Below, piece by piece: positions 22,260 to 32,818 of a stretch of 64,000 nt of DNA. Source of the stretch: a virus (taxonomy: Duplodnaviria; Caudoviricetes); IMG/VR virus record IMGVR_UViG_3300028886_000028, positions 224,001 through 288,000 of that record; one strand, 5' to 3'. The notes below the pieces were generated by a model. That model was given only the letters and a program-made list of their open reading frames with translations. It did no database searches and was not told the origin of the DNA. Both the position numbers and the translations under genes were made by a program. Each line of letters starts with the position of its first letter. Positions within the stretch are counted from its first letter, which is position 1.

Positions 22260-23882
22260 ATGATGGAAAAGGAAAAGCATAGTTTCGTACCTAATTTTGC
22301 TAACATAGCATTTACTGAAAATGGCGCAATATCTAAGTTTACAACTGGCAAGGTTATTACCGACCAATTCGGTAAGGCCGCTAACTATCGTGGACGTGAA
22401 ATTAGTGACGTTTTTAAAGACCAGGAATTACTTTGGCTTGAAAATAAAGAACAAGCAGTTCGTTTCCCGTTCTATTTGAGAATGGTGACTCGTAAGGTAA
22501 AGGTTAACGATAAAAACACCACTGATAAAGTTCAGAAAGGACAAGGCGTTCGTGACGAATCCTTTAAGCGTTTGCTTTGGCTTGCTGCCAATCAGCCGGA
22601 TTCGTTTTATAAGAACATATGGGTGTTACCTATGGTTGGCTGCTGGAAGGATTTGTGGACTTTGATGTATTACGATGTAATTCTCAAAACAAATGCCATT
22701 GACCGTTCCATAATCTTCGACCTTATTAATCAAGGTTTGAAGTGTTCTTCCCATATGGAATTGATTAAGAAGTTTATGCCTCGTGTTAAGACTAACACTA
22801 AGTGCAAAACTGATTGGACCCAGATTACAAACTCTCTTGCTCGTGAATTCGCAAATTATAACGGAATGTCATACAAGGATTATAACCATTTGAAGACAAG
22901 TGGCACAGCCCATGACTTTCAGAAACTTATTTGCAGCGGTCGTTTCAACGACATCAATTGGAATTTAATTCCAGGACGCGCTCTTAGCAAGATAACTACT
23001 CAGAAGTTCTTGTCAAAGCATGACCTTGAAAAAGGTTACACAGAATGGGTAATTTCTCAGCCTACTGTGAAATATACTGGCTATGTGTATGAATTGGCAA
23101 AGGAAGTGATAACTTCAGTCGGTTGGAGCGCAAGGGCCAATAAAATGCCTATTTTCAAGAAAATAACTATTGATAAACAGTTCGATGAATTAGTTAAAAA
23201 GGCAGTAGAAGACGGCAATGTTCTTGGAAACGTATGGTGCGCACTTGACACCAGTGGCTCAATGGGCGCTAGAGTTGTGGGAGATATAAGTGCATACGAT
23301 ATTTGTGTATCGTTGGGAGTATTCTTTTCTACAATTAACACAGGCGCATTCCATAAAAATGTAATAATGTTTGACAACACTTCGCAGGTTAAACAACTCA
23401 AAGGTGGTTTCTGCGATATGATTAATGACATTATTCATTCTAAAACTGCTTGGGGAGGTACTAACTTCCAAAGTGTCATAGACGAAATTGTAAGGGTTCG
23501 TAAAGAAAACCCTAGCATTCCTCTTGAAGATTATCCTCAGACATTGCTTATAGTTAGTGATATGCAATTCAATCCGGTTGGAGGCAACGAAGATACTAAT
23601 TATCAAGCAATGAAAAAGAAACTCTATACTGTTTTCCCAGAGGAATTTGTTAACAGTATGAAGTTTATTTGGTGGCAGGTAACTGGCCGTACAAATGATG
23701 CCCCTGCTACACTCGATGATAATGGATGCTATTTCTTTAGCGGATTCGATGGAAGCATAGTTTCTCTTCTTCTTGGTGGAGAAATGGCAGAAACTGAGGC
23801 TGAAACGAAAGTAAAGCCAACAATGGAGGAAATGATTAACGCCGCACTAGGACAAGAAATATTATCTTATGTAATAGCATAA
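22260..23882 (+). CDS. DUF2828-type helical + vWA protein (Ro60/TROVE-like architecture)
   Basis: N-terminal TENGA; GQGVR and GCWKDL segments; C-terminal MIDAS DTSGSM, WGGTNFQ, IVSDMQF. Confidence 0.75.
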   Translation: MMEKEKHSFVPNFANIAFTENGAISKFTTGKVITDQFGKAANYRGREISDVFKDQELLWLENKEQAVRFPFYLRMVTRKVKVNDKNTTDKVQKGQGVRDESFKRLLWLAANQPDSFYKNIWVLPMVGCWKDLWTLMYYDVILKTNAIDRSIIFDLINQGLKCSSHMELIKKFMPRVKTNTKCKTDWTQITNSLAREFANYNGMSYKDYNHLKTSGTAHDFQKLICSGRFNDINWNLIPGRALSKITTQKFLSKHDLEKGYTEWVISQPTVKYTGYVYELAKEVITSVGWSARANKMPIFKKITIDKQFDELVKKAVEDGNVLGNVWCALDTSGSMGARVVGDISAYDICVSLGVFFSTINTGAFHKNVIMFDNTSQVKQLKGGFCDMINDIIHSKTAWGGTNFQSVIDEIVRVRKENPSIPLEDYPQTLLIVSDMQFNPVGGNEDTNYQAMKKKLYTVFPEEFVNSMKFIWWQVTGRTNDAPATLDDNGCYFFSGFDGSIVSLLLGGEMAETEAETKVKPTMEEMINAALGQEILSYVIA

Positions 23883-24212
23883 GACAAATAACACTAAACG
23901 GAAATGGGTGGTGCTACATTGTAGTGCTACCCATTTTTAAGTTTAATTAACTAAACTTTTTTTCCATTGACACTTTTTTTTTGTATATTTGCAATATAAA
24001 TGTTTTAAAAGAAATTACATATTATGATGTTTTTTTACAAAAAGAAGAAACATAAGAAGCATAAGAACAAAGGGAATTGCTATAATACAAGTGGTAGCAT
24101 GAAAGAAAAAAAACGCTTTGGGCTTACTAATGCTGAAATGGATGGGCTTATTTTGCAAATGATATGTAAGCCTAAAATACCTATTGAATCTGTAAATTAA
24201 ACTTATATAAAA

Positions 24213-25490
24213 ATGACATTATTAGAAGAACTAAATTTTAGAGGGCTAATTGCCAGTACGTCAGGTAATCTTACAGAATTACTTAGTAAACCAACTGTTT
24301 TTTATGTAGGAACAGACCCTACTGCCGATAGCCTTCATCTAGGGCATTTGCTTGCGTTTACAACTGCTAAACTGTTGCAAAGTTATGGGCACAAACCAAT
24401 TGTTCTTTTAGGCGGAGCAACAGCATTTATTGGCGACCCATCATTCAAATCAGAAGAGCGTAAACTGCTTAGTGCTGATGTTGTTTCCCACAATATTGAT
24501 GGTATTCGTGCTCAGGTTTCAAAATTGCTTGATTTTAATTCAACTGCTGATAATGCCGCAATAATGGTAAACAATTACGATTGGATGAAAGATATGTCTT
24601 TCATAGATTTTGCCCGTGAAGTAGGAAAATGTATTACCGTTAATTATATGATGGCAAAAGATTCTGTTAAGAAACGTTTGGAGCGTGAAGGTAGCGGAAT
24701 GTCATTTACTGAATTCACATATCAACTTATTCAAGGCAATGACTTTGTTGAGCTTTACAAAAAGTATGGCTGTAAGTTGCAAATAGGTGGCAGCGACCAG
24801 TACGGAAATGGAACAACAGGTATTGAACTTATACATAAGATGTTGAAAAAAGATGACGCTTGTGTTCTCACTTGGCCGCTTGTTACAAAGGCTGATGGCA
24901 CAAAGTTTGGTAAATCTGAAAAAGGTAATATTTGGTTAGATGCAAGTAAGACTTCTCCTTATGAATTTTATCAGTTCTGGCTCAACCAATCTGATGATGA
25001 TTCAGAACGTTTCATTAAGTTGTTTACTCTTATCCCTCTTGATAACATAAAGTCAATTATTGAGCAGCATCGTGAAGACCCTGGTAAAAGATATTTACAA
25101 ACTGTGTTAGCAGAGTATATGACAGAAATGATTCATGGCAGAGAAGCTTTGCAAGGAGTTAAGCAAGCCACTTCATTTTTGTTCGGCGGTGGTGACATTA
25201 ATAAAATGGATGAAAACGGGTGGAAGTACGTAGAATCTGAGGTAACTACTGTTGAAGTAAGTAAAGATGTTTTTGAAAATACAAATATGCCTGTTATTGA
25301 ATTGGCTATAATGCACGATAAAGTGCCTTCAAAATCAGAAGCACGTAAGCTCATTAAAAGTAATGGCTTTTCAGTAAATAAAACTAAAGTTAGTGAAAAA
25401 GATACTGTTGATGCATCTAGTCTTATAAACGGCAAATATCTTCTTTTACAAAAAGGTAAAAAAGACTATACGTTGGTTATCTGTAAATGA
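24213..25490 (+). CDS. tyrS: tyrosyl-tRNA synthetase
   Basis: DPTADSLHLGH, QIGGSDQYGN, KFGKS, C-terminal S4 domain. Confidence 0.97.
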   Translation: MTLLEELNFRGLIASTSGNLTELLSKPTVFYVGTDPTADSLHLGHLLAFTTAKLLQSYGHKPIVLLGGATAFIGDPSFKSEERKLLSADVVSHNIDGIRAQVSKLLDFNSTADNAAIMVNNYDWMKDMSFIDFAREVGKCITVNYMMAKDSVKKRLEREGSGMSFTEFTYQLIQGNDFVELYKKYGCKLQIGGSDQYGNGTTGIELIHKMLKKDDACVLTWPLVTKADGTKFGKSEKGNIWLDASKTSPYEFYQFWLNQSDDDSERFIKLFTLIPLDNIKSIIEQHREDPGKRYLQTVLAEYMTEMIHGREALQGVKQATSFLFGGGDINKMDENGWKYVESEVTTVEVSKDVFENTNMPVIELAIMHDKVPSKSEARKLIKSNGFSVNKTKVSEKDTVDASSLINGKYLLLQKGKKDYTLVICK

Positions 25491-25640
25491 TATAGTGGGA
25501 TGGGAAAACCATCCCACATTTTCGTTTAATATACCAATAGTAAAAATAAACAATCAATTAATATTTTTTAACTCAATTTTTTTGCATACGTCAAAAAAAA
25601 ATATTACCTTTGCAGCGAAATAATTTAAGCATAAAATATT

Positions 25641-26531
25641 ATGGAAAAAAAAGTTTTTAAAGATTGTGAAGTAGGAGATAAATTATATCTAATAGAGTTT
25701 AATAATAATTTAAACATTAAAGAAACTACGTTTAAAAGTAAAACACATTATTGGCATGAAGCAAGTTATACCATTTATTTAGAAAATGAAACGCCTTCTA
25801 CGGGCTGTATAGATGCCAGAAGTAGAAATAAAAATCTATTCACCACTAAAGAAGAAGCTGAAGAATTTAGGAATGAAATTATTAACGGCAAAAAAGTTTT
25901 TCTTACCGCCAAAAAAGGCGATACTGTTTATATAGTTGTACGTGGGGAATCAGACATTTTAAAGTCTAAGCTAGATTATGATTATGATAGAAGTACTCCT
26001 ACTGAGCGAGTAAGATTTTATTTTTGTAAATATAAAAAATATATAACTGATTTTCCAAGCGAACTAGAAGATAAAGCAGAAATTTCTTTTTATAATGATG
26101 CTTATAAACGTGTAATTGTAAAATATTTTTTAAACGAAAAAGATGCTATAAATTACATCAAATATTCAGAAAGAAGGAAGAAGAAAAACGCAACAGATAA
26201 ATACATAAAGTCAATTGAAAATCATGATGGAAAGCCTATTTCATTAAAAGATAACGCAGGAAATGATTTACACTATGGCGACACTGTTGTTTATATAAGG
26301 AGAATTGGGTACAACGCCCATCCAGAATTAAGGAAAGGTGTTATAATTGGTGAGTCAAAAACCACGATAAGAGTGCTTGACGAATGTGAAAAGAAAAATG
26401 GTATACCGATGGGATTTCGAGGAGAAAGAACTAAGGAATCTGATGGAACGCATTCTGTGCAGTCTCAAAGCGTTATGCTGTTTAAAACAGCCGAGGTTAA
26501 TACCAAAAGTGGATTTGTTTTTACAAAATAA
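25641..26531 (+). CDS. hypothetical protein
   Basis: 296 aa with repeated GDxVY modules; early promoter upstream. Confidence 0.65.
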   Translation: MEKKVFKDCEVGDKLYLIEFNNNLNIKETTFKSKTHYWHEASYTIYLENETPSTGCIDARSRNKNLFTTKEEAEEFRNEIINGKKVFLTAKKGDTVYIVVRGESDILKSKLDYDYDRSTPTERVRFYFCKYKKYITDFPSELEDKAEISFYNDAYKRVIVKYFLNEKDAINYIKYSERRKKKNATDKYIKSIENHDGKPISLKDNAGNDLHYGDTVVYIRRIGYNAHPELRKGVIIGESKTTIRVLDECEKKNGIPMGFRGERTKESDGTHSVQSQSVMLFKTAEVNTKSGFVFTK

Positions 26532-26534
26532 TAT

Positions 26535-26792
26535 ATGGAAGAATTACTAGAAAATACATGGTATTTAATTTTGTTTCTCATAGAAATAGCAGTAGTACTT
26601 GTTATAATTGATGCTATTATGAGCATTATAGGGAGTATGCTAGGTTTTTCTTGGAAAAAAGTATTAATGTGGGCAGCAACCGTGTTTGGAATTTTATGGT
26701 TAAGAGACTTCATTAAAAAACGCAAGCAAAAAGCACAGAAAGAGATAGTGCAAGAGTTAACAGAAGATGATTTTGAAACAATTAATAATTAA
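26535..26792 (+). CDS. membrane protein
   Basis: Hydrophobic N-terminal two thirds. Confidence 0.6.
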   Translation: MEELLENTWYLILFLIEIAVVLVIIDAIMSIIGSMLGFSWKKVLMWAATVFGILWLRDFIKKRKQKAQKEIVQELTEDDFETINN

Positions 26793-26800
26793 ATAAAAAA

Positions 26801-27712
26801 ATGATTATAGGAAGAAATGAGCCTCTTGATTACAAGAGTGTATTTGAAACAATTGTAAATACGACTGCTGAATATATTAAGTCGTGTAAGTTAGAAACAA
26901 TGGTACTAGGCTTAAGCGGTGGGCTGGATTCTACAGTTTGCGCTGCCATTTGCAGCAAGGTCGCTGAAAAAACTGGCGCTGTGCTATATGGCGTAAATTT
27001 ACCGTGCTCTACAAATAAAGAAGATGAAAACAATTCTGCTGATTTGGCAGGACAAGAATTTTGTAATGCATATGTTAAAGCGGGGATTCAAGAAACGTTT
27101 GAGTGCGTTGAAAAGTTATGCGATACTGTATCTACTTTACCAAGTACTAAAATATCACAAGGTAATATAAAAGCTCGTCTGAGGATGATTACTCTATATG
27201 ACATTGCAAGTAAAATGCATGGTATTGTAATAGACACAGATAATTTAACAGAACATTTCCTTTCTTTCTTCACCATAAATGGCGATGTTGGAGATTTAAA
27301 CCCAATAGGTAATCTTTGGAAAACTGAAGTATATGGGTTGGCTGAGTATATGTGTAAAGAAGTGTTCAATGATTCTGCCGCATTGAGAGCCGCTATTGAA
27401 ATAACTCCTACTGATGGCAATGGCGTGTCTAATTCAGATTTAGACCAAATCATGCCGGGTTATACATATGATGATGTTGACTCAATTCTTATGCCTTGGG
27501 TTACTCTTGATAATCGTATTAAAGAGTCTTTTTTAAAGAATGGCTTTAATCAAAAAGGTACTGTATTTGCTAAATTGGTTGAAAAATATGGAGAAGATAA
27601 CGTGAAACGTGTTATTATGCGTTCTGTTACATCTGAATTTAAAAGATTTCCACACCCAACACCAATTGATGTGTTTAGAGGGCAAATAGTTAAGAAATAT
27701 ACTATCGAATAA
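26801..27712 (+). CDS. nadE: NH3-dependent NAD+ synthetase
   Basis: LGLSGGLDS, GNIKARLRM, GDVGDLNPIGNLWKTEVY. Confidence 0.9.
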   Translation: MIIGRNEPLDYKSVFETIVNTTAEYIKSCKLETMVLGLSGGLDSTVCAAICSKVAEKTGAVLYGVNLPCSTNKEDENNSADLAGQEFCNAYVKAGIQETFECVEKLCDTVSTLPSTKISQGNIKARLRMITLYDIASKMHGIVIDTDNLTEHFLSFFTINGDVGDLNPIGNLWKTEVYGLAEYMCKEVFNDSAALRAAIEITPTDGNGVSNSDLDQIMPGYTYDDVDSILMPWVTLDNRIKESFLKNGFNQKGTVFAKLVEKYGEDNVKRVIMRSVTSEFKRFPHPTPIDVFRGQIVKKYTIE

Positions 27713-27794
27713 AAATATTTTTTTAAAAAAATTGGAGAATAATTTTGTTCTTCAATTTTTTTTTGTATATTTGCGATAGTTAAAATATTTGAAA

Positions 27795-28043
27795 ATGAAT
27801 ATACATGAAATTAAAACGTTGATAAGAGGCAGCACAAAAAAAAATGATACGTTACCTCTTTCTGATTTAGCAGAACTTAAATCTATTGCAAATGTTACAT
27901 TAGAAATAGACAGGGAAACAAATGATTATTATTACAAAGTTGATATTAACGATTTAATTGATAAAGAATTTAACACTACTATAATAACAGATAATGGATG
28001 GGAATTATCACTAGATGAACAATATATATATTTATTTATTTAA
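27795..28043 (+). CDS. hypothetical protein
   Basis: ORF after early promoter. Confidence 0.55.
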   Translation: MNIHEIKTLIRGSTKKNDTLPLSDLAELKSIANVTLEIDRETNDYYYKVDINDLIDKEFNTTIITDNGWELSLDEQYIYLFI

Positions 28044-28055
28044 TTTTTATAAAAT

Positions 28056-28490
28056 ATGATAAACATAAACGTATACGGTAGATTAGGCGCAGATGCCGAA
28101 CTTATAAATGGAAAAAATGGTCAATTTGCATCTTTTCGTTTAGCAGTTGATGACAGAAAAAACAGTGAAAAAACGACAACATGGTTCAGGGTGACTCTTA
28201 ATGGAGATAGAGCCGGAAAAATTGTAGAGTATTTAACCAAAGGAAAACTTGTATATGTTACAGGAACAGAAACGGTAGGGACATATCAAGCAAAAGACGG
28301 CTCAATACAGGTATCAAGAGATATTAGCGCCACAAATATAGAATTTATATCTGTTGGCAGTGGAGCAACAGCATCAGAAACAACAGTGGAAAAATCTGAG
28401 CCTGCTGTTTCAACTGGCACATTGAAAAAACCTTCTGAAGTAAAAGTACCAGTTACAGCAGCAGAGCCTGAAGATGATTTACCATTTTAA
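28056..28490 (+). CDS. ssb: single-stranded DNA-binding protein
   Basis: GRLGADAE, YLTKGKLVYVTG, C-terminal DDLPF. Confidence 0.92.
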   Translation: MININVYGRLGADAELINGKNGQFASFRLAVDDRKNSEKTTTWFRVTLNGDRAGKIVEYLTKGKLVYVTGTETVGTYQAKDGSIQVSRDISATNIEFISVGSGATASETTVEKSEPAVSTGTLKKPSEVKVPVTAAEPEDDLPF

Positions 28491-28697
28491 ATGGTACTAT
28501 TTTAGTAAAAGCAGTCAGTAATGGCTGCTTTTTATATTTTTTTAACACAAAATATTTGCCTATATGCAATTTTTTTATTACCTTTGCAGTATGAAAAATC
28601 AAATAATACATTAACTTTATTTAACATAAATAATTTTGTTTTATTAGATTAATTTTGTATATTTGTAACAAGTGTTCATTACTAAATAAAAAAGAAT

Positions 28698-30041
28698 ATG
28701 GCAAATAATAAGAAAAATGAATCTCCTATTGTAGAGGTTTCAGTATGTACTACTCAGGTGGCAGAAAAGCCAAAAAGGTCAAGAAAGAAGTCAGCAACAT
28801 CTACTAGGGGGGTTGAGGCTGTAATCAGTGAAATTACTGAAAGGAAAGGCACTGTTGGAGAAACAACCACTGCCATTGCTAACATTTTAAAAGATAAGGA
28901 GCAGAAAGAAGTCAGTACGTTCAGAAGAATTAACGATGATGGAATGGTTAATATGTCTGAATTTACTCAAAAAGAACTTGATGAATACCATGCCATTGGT
29001 AAGAAATTGAACGTCCATGATAAGATGTCAATATCTAATTATGGTTCTGAATTAAGTGAGCAACTTAACCGCAGCACGAAGGAACTGATGGCTCGTGGCT
29101 CTACCACAAAACTGGGTGACGAAACTAAATCCATAATGAAAGAAATAAGTTCAAAACTTACCAATATAGATTTGGATGAAATTAAACGCCCCAATTGGTT
29201 TGTTAGAACTATTCGTGAGATTCCTCTTCTTAATAAAATGTTTTTCTCAATTAAAGCATTCATCAATAAATGCGAAAGCCTTGAGAAAGATGTTGAATTG
29301 ATGCAAGAAAAACTACACGCCGCACAGGCAATTGCCCTTCGTGATAACACAGAATTAGAGCAAAGATTTCAAGAAACTATATCATATATAGAAGTATTGG
29401 AGAAGTTAATTATTGCAGCAAAGCTTAAGTCAGAAGAGTATGGCAAGGCGCTTGAGGTGATGGAATCACAGCCAGAAAAATACTCAGCTATTGATATACA
29501 TGATACAAGAAACTTTAAGCACGAACTTGACAAGAGAGTGGAGGCTATGCTTACTTGGCACTTATCATTTAATCAGTCTTTGTTCCGCATCCGTGATATC
29601 CAGGATGCTAACATTGCTCATAGCAATTCAATTTCACAAGACATTGATAACATGATGCCAATGCTTCGTGACCAGTTACAGCAAGCAGTGTATTTGTATA
29701 ATCTTGAACAAGGTCTAAAGGCGCATGAAGTTATGATAAATGGCTTCAATGAAATACTGGCACACAATGCGGATGCAACGCACGACCTTAAAGTTCGTGT
29801 TACTAAGATGACTGAAAGCCCATCAATTAAGCTTGAAACTCTTAAGCATAACCAAGAAAAAATCAAAGAAACTACCCGTGATTGCTTGCGCATTATTGAC
29901 GAAGCAGCTAAAGAACGCTTGAATAACGAGCGAGAAATGGCTAAAATGAGGGCTGAACTTGATTCTATGATGTCAGGCATTTCTGTTGATAGTAATACTA
30001 AAAGTGCTGCTGCAATAGAGGCTAAATATTCTACAGACTAA
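28698..30041 (+). CDS. TelA/KlaA toxic anion resistance family protein
   Basis: SISNYGSE, helical coiled-coil, DN..LE..F pattern. Confidence 0.65.
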   Translation: MANNKKNESPIVEVSVCTTQVAEKPKRSRKKSATSTRGVEAVISEITERKGTVGETTTAIANILKDKEQKEVSTFRRINDDGMVNMSEFTQKELDEYHAIGKKLNVHDKMSISNYGSELSEQLNRSTKELMARGSTTKLGDETKSIMKEISSKLTNIDLDEIKRPNWFVRTIREIPLLNKMFFSIKAFINKCESLEKDVELMQEKLHAAQAIALRDNTELEQRFQETISYIEVLEKLIIAAKLKSEEYGKALEVMESQPEKYSAIDIHDTRNFKHELDKRVEAMLTWHLSFNQSLFRIRDIQDANIAHSNSISQDIDNMMPMLRDQLQQAVYLYNLEQGLKAHEVMINGFNEILAHNADATHDLKVRVTKMTESPSIKLETLKHNQEKIKETTRDCLRIIDEAAKERLNNEREMAKMRAELDSMMSGISVDSNTKSAAAIEAKYSTD

Positions 30042-30122
30042 AAAATTAAATATGCTAAACCATTCTAAAATGTTTGGTTTAGCATATGATTATAAACAAA
30101 CAAATTATGATAAAAATTTCGT

Positions 30123-31220
30123 ATGCGAATAAAATTTGAAAATGAAACAAATTCCATAGGCTTGCAACTGGGACTTCCTATTGATTCAATTATAAGAGAT
30201 TTAAATGAATTTTCGCCGTTAACTAAAGTTGCTCCAAAATGGGTGTCTCTTTCGAACGATAACATTTCTTTGATGCAACTGTTAGACGTTGACGTAGAAA
30301 TGCTTAAAGGAGGGAAAACCAATGGTAATAGTGATGGAGAAAATTTTATTCCTGGAGAAATATATTCTATTAGCAAAGAATCAGTAGAAGGAGTCGAATT
30401 TGGGCGTTTATATTTTAGATTGTATGGGCTAATCAAAGAATATAAAGGGGTAAATCTAGATTCTTTAATTGTAAAAGAAGTAAGTATAAATGATAAAGGA
30501 GAAATAATAGAGGGTGTAAACGTGTCTGGTAGGCGAACATTCTCCATGTCTCCGTCGATGTGCAAAATGATGGGCATTAAATACAGCCCTGGATTTGAAC
30601 TTTGGCCAATAAACAGTGGATTTGAAAAGGTAGAACTTAAGCCAAGCAATTATCATGACGTTAGTAGAATTAATTATGGTAATATGTTAACGTATCCTAC
30701 TTCTGAAATAGATGGAACAATAAGGAAAATTATAGTAGAGTTGCATGGCTTTTCACCATTCAATAATTCTCATATTATTACTCCAACCGGGGCACTGATA
30801 CCTACTAATGAGTTTGTTTCCTCTCTAACAATATTTGCTAGGCAAAACATATCAACAGATAACGGCTGTGCCGGATTTAAAAAAGGGGAAACATTGCCAT
30901 TTAAAATTGTTTCTAGACAGGATGACGATAGGCCAATTTCTATTTGTGACGAAAAGCATAATATTTATGCAGAAGTGTCGCTAACAAAGCAGTCGTTTAA
31001 TGTAACAACACCGGATGGTATAATAGGAGTGTCCCCTACAGCATTAGATGGCAAAGATATTGATGATGTGATTGGCGTTAAATGGGACGAATCTAGTGAC
31101 GAAAGTAATAAAAACCCAAGCGAACATTTAACAGCAAATTTATCTGCTGAAAATATAGAAAACGTATTCAAAGCGTTAGATAGACATTTTTGCAAAACAC
31201 GATTTAATAGACTTTTTTAA
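30123..31220 (+). CDS. hypothetical protein
   Basis: 365 aa ORF. Confidence 0.7.
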   Translation: MRIKFENETNSIGLQLGLPIDSIIRDLNEFSPLTKVAPKWVSLSNDNISLMQLLDVDVEMLKGGKTNGNSDGENFIPGEIYSISKESVEGVEFGRLYFRLYGLIKEYKGVNLDSLIVKEVSINDKGEIIEGVNVSGRRTFSMSPSMCKMMGIKYSPGFELWPINSGFEKVELKPSNYHDVSRINYGNMLTYPTSEIDGTIRKIIVELHGFSPFNNSHIITPTGALIPTNEFVSSLTIFARQNISTDNGCAGFKKGETLPFKIVSRQDDDRPISICDEKHNIYAEVSLTKQSFNVTTPDGIIGVSPTALDGKDIDDVIGVKWDESSDESNKNPSEHLTANLSAENIENVFKALDRHFCKTRFNRLF

Positions 31221-31222
31221 AA

Positions 31223-31663
31223 ATGAAAAAAGAAATTGTTAATGAACCAAAAGAAATTAATTCTTATAGAGTTGTTCAAGACGGAAAAGAAATAATGGAC
31301 GCTCTTAAAAGTGGAGAAACAGTAATGCATTGGGAAAGCGGTTATTCTATGCACCCAATCATTAGCCATATGGAATATTGTAAAATAACTCCTTTGGAAA
31401 AAGTATTTGAAAGAATTAATGCTAAAGGTTGGGATTATTTTGTTGGCAAACCAGTGTTTTGCCATTTTGTTTATCCTCTTAAAGAAGGTGGGCATGGAGA
31501 TTTCTATATGGTTCATCGTTGCACAGAGGTATATGAACGTGATGGCGAAATATATTATAGAATTGATAGTACCGATGGAACATGTTTTGGATGGACAAAA
31601 GATGTATATGGCATAGCAGAAAGTACAGGTATATTTCAAAACGAAGAAATACTATGGAGTTAA
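31223..31663 (+). CDS. S24/S26 peptidase-like protein
   Basis: GYSMHP ... VHR pattern. Confidence 0.5.
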   Translation: MKKEIVNEPKEINSYRVVQDGKEIMDALKSGETVMHWESGYSMHPIISHMEYCKITPLEKVFERINAKGWDYFVGKPVFCHFVYPLKEGGHGDFYMVHRCTEVYERDGEIYYRIDSTDGTCFGWTKDVYGIAESTGIFQNEEILWS

Positions 31664-32118
31664 CAAAAGTTTTAGACGTTATTAACTACACAGGTAGAAT
31701 ATATTATATAAGGCCATATATTTGGGATGGCAAAATTGTAAGAAACACTGTTGGCACTGCTATCAAAGAAACAACTAAGTATAATAATTTTGGTAGGACG
31801 TATTCACTTGGAAGATTAGGTAGTTTACATTGGGACGATACAATTTTTCACCATATCAATGAAGGCGAAACTGTAGACGAAAATACAGTTATAAACAACG
31901 GTGGCGCATTAAGATTTTTTACAGATAGAGAAAGTGCAAAAAAAGCACTTGAAGATTATAGGGCACAACATGTTTATAAACTAAATGAGTCAATAGAAAA
32001 GGAATTGAGGCGTCTAGAAGCAGAAAAGAAAAAAATTGAAGATAATATAAATAAGTTAAAAGAAAGAAGAAAAGAGTGCTTTAAATCATTGTCAACTAAT
32101 TTTATAAAAAAATCTTAA
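31654..32118 (+). CDS. hypothetical protein
   Basis: ORF overlapping upstream stop. Confidence 0.6.
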   Translation: MELTKVLDVINYTGRIYYIRPYIWDGKIVRNTVGTAIKETTKYNNFGRTYSLGRLGSLHWDDTIFHHINEGETVDENTVINNGGALRFFTDRESAKKALEDYRAQHVYKLNESIEKELRRLEAEKKKIEDNINKLKERRKECFKSLSTNFIKKS

Positions 32119-32165
32119 ACTTTTTGAAAAATTAATATATTTATATAAAAACAAAAAATTAAAAA

Positions 32166-32258
32166 ATGAAAAACGTAACAATTTACATACCAGAATATAT
32201 TTATGGCGGCTACGAAGAGAATTATCTTTTCGGAGGTGAACCTATTGCGTTTGGTTAA
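32166..32258 (+). CDS. 30-aa small ORF (MKNVTIYIPEYIYGGYEENYLFGGEPIAFG)
   Basis: A-rich leader, ATATTTATA upstream, terminator at about 32301-32336. Confidence 0.45.
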   Translation: MKNVTIYIPEYIYGGYEENYLFGGEPIAFG

Positions 32259-32404
32259 GTAGATTGTCTTGATATGCGTTTTATTATAAATAAGGCTTAT
32301 TAGGTGGATAATCTACGCGGTTATCCACCTTTTTTGCATTTTTTAACTCATAAAATTTTTGTTTTATAAATATTTTATGTATATTTGCAAAGATTTAACA
32401 AACA

Positions 32405-32463
32405 AGGAAACATACAGCAAGTTTAATTTATGGATTGCAACTCTTTAAAAACAAATGTTTCCT
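32405..32463 (+). ncRNA. ACAGCAA cassette 1 (Cys GCA anticodon-loop cargo)
   Basis: aggaaacat/atgtttcct 9 bp; acagcaa; gga-ttgcaac-tct. Confidence 0.75.
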
Positions 32464-32469
32464 AAACAT

Positions 32470-32541
32470 GGCCGGTTAGTGTAGCGGTCAGCACACGAGA
32501 TTTTCATTCTCGGGACGGGGTTTCGACTACCCCACCGGCTA
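32470..32541 (+). tRNA. tRNA-Glu(TTC)
   Basis: Cloverleaf; cgaga-ttttcat-tctcg. Confidence 0.9.
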
Positions 32542-32566
32542 CTTAATAGAATTTTAAAATGATGTT

Positions 32567-32818
32567 ATGGCTAAACTTGTAGCAATTAACTGGGAAAGTT
32601 TGAAAAGTGGAGCGATGCTTCGAATGAAAGATTTTCCATCAATAAAACTTTTGAAACTTAGTAACTCTAAAGCCTGTTATTTTCCATATGGCGACGATTC
32701 AATTATAGTTGATATAAAAGAATATGAATCTGAAATTAATGGCTTTTATTATTATTTTCAGACAAAAAAAGACGACTGGCATCCATTAACAATAAGACTT
32801 TGGGAAGAATATGATTGA
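32567..32818 (+). CDS. hypothetical protein
   Basis: 83 aa ORF. Confidence 0.55.
   Translation: MAKLVAINWESLKSGAMLRMKDFPSIKLLKLSNSKACYFPYGDDSIIVDIKEYESEINGFYYYFQTKKDDWHPLTIRLWEEYD

Noticed and set aside
14184-28490. Bacterial chromosome origin
   Set aside because: Housekeeping genes are out of bacterial operon context (no grpE next to dnaK, no rpmI/rplT after infC) and are mixed with spike-like, PhoH, HNH and many hypothetical genes.
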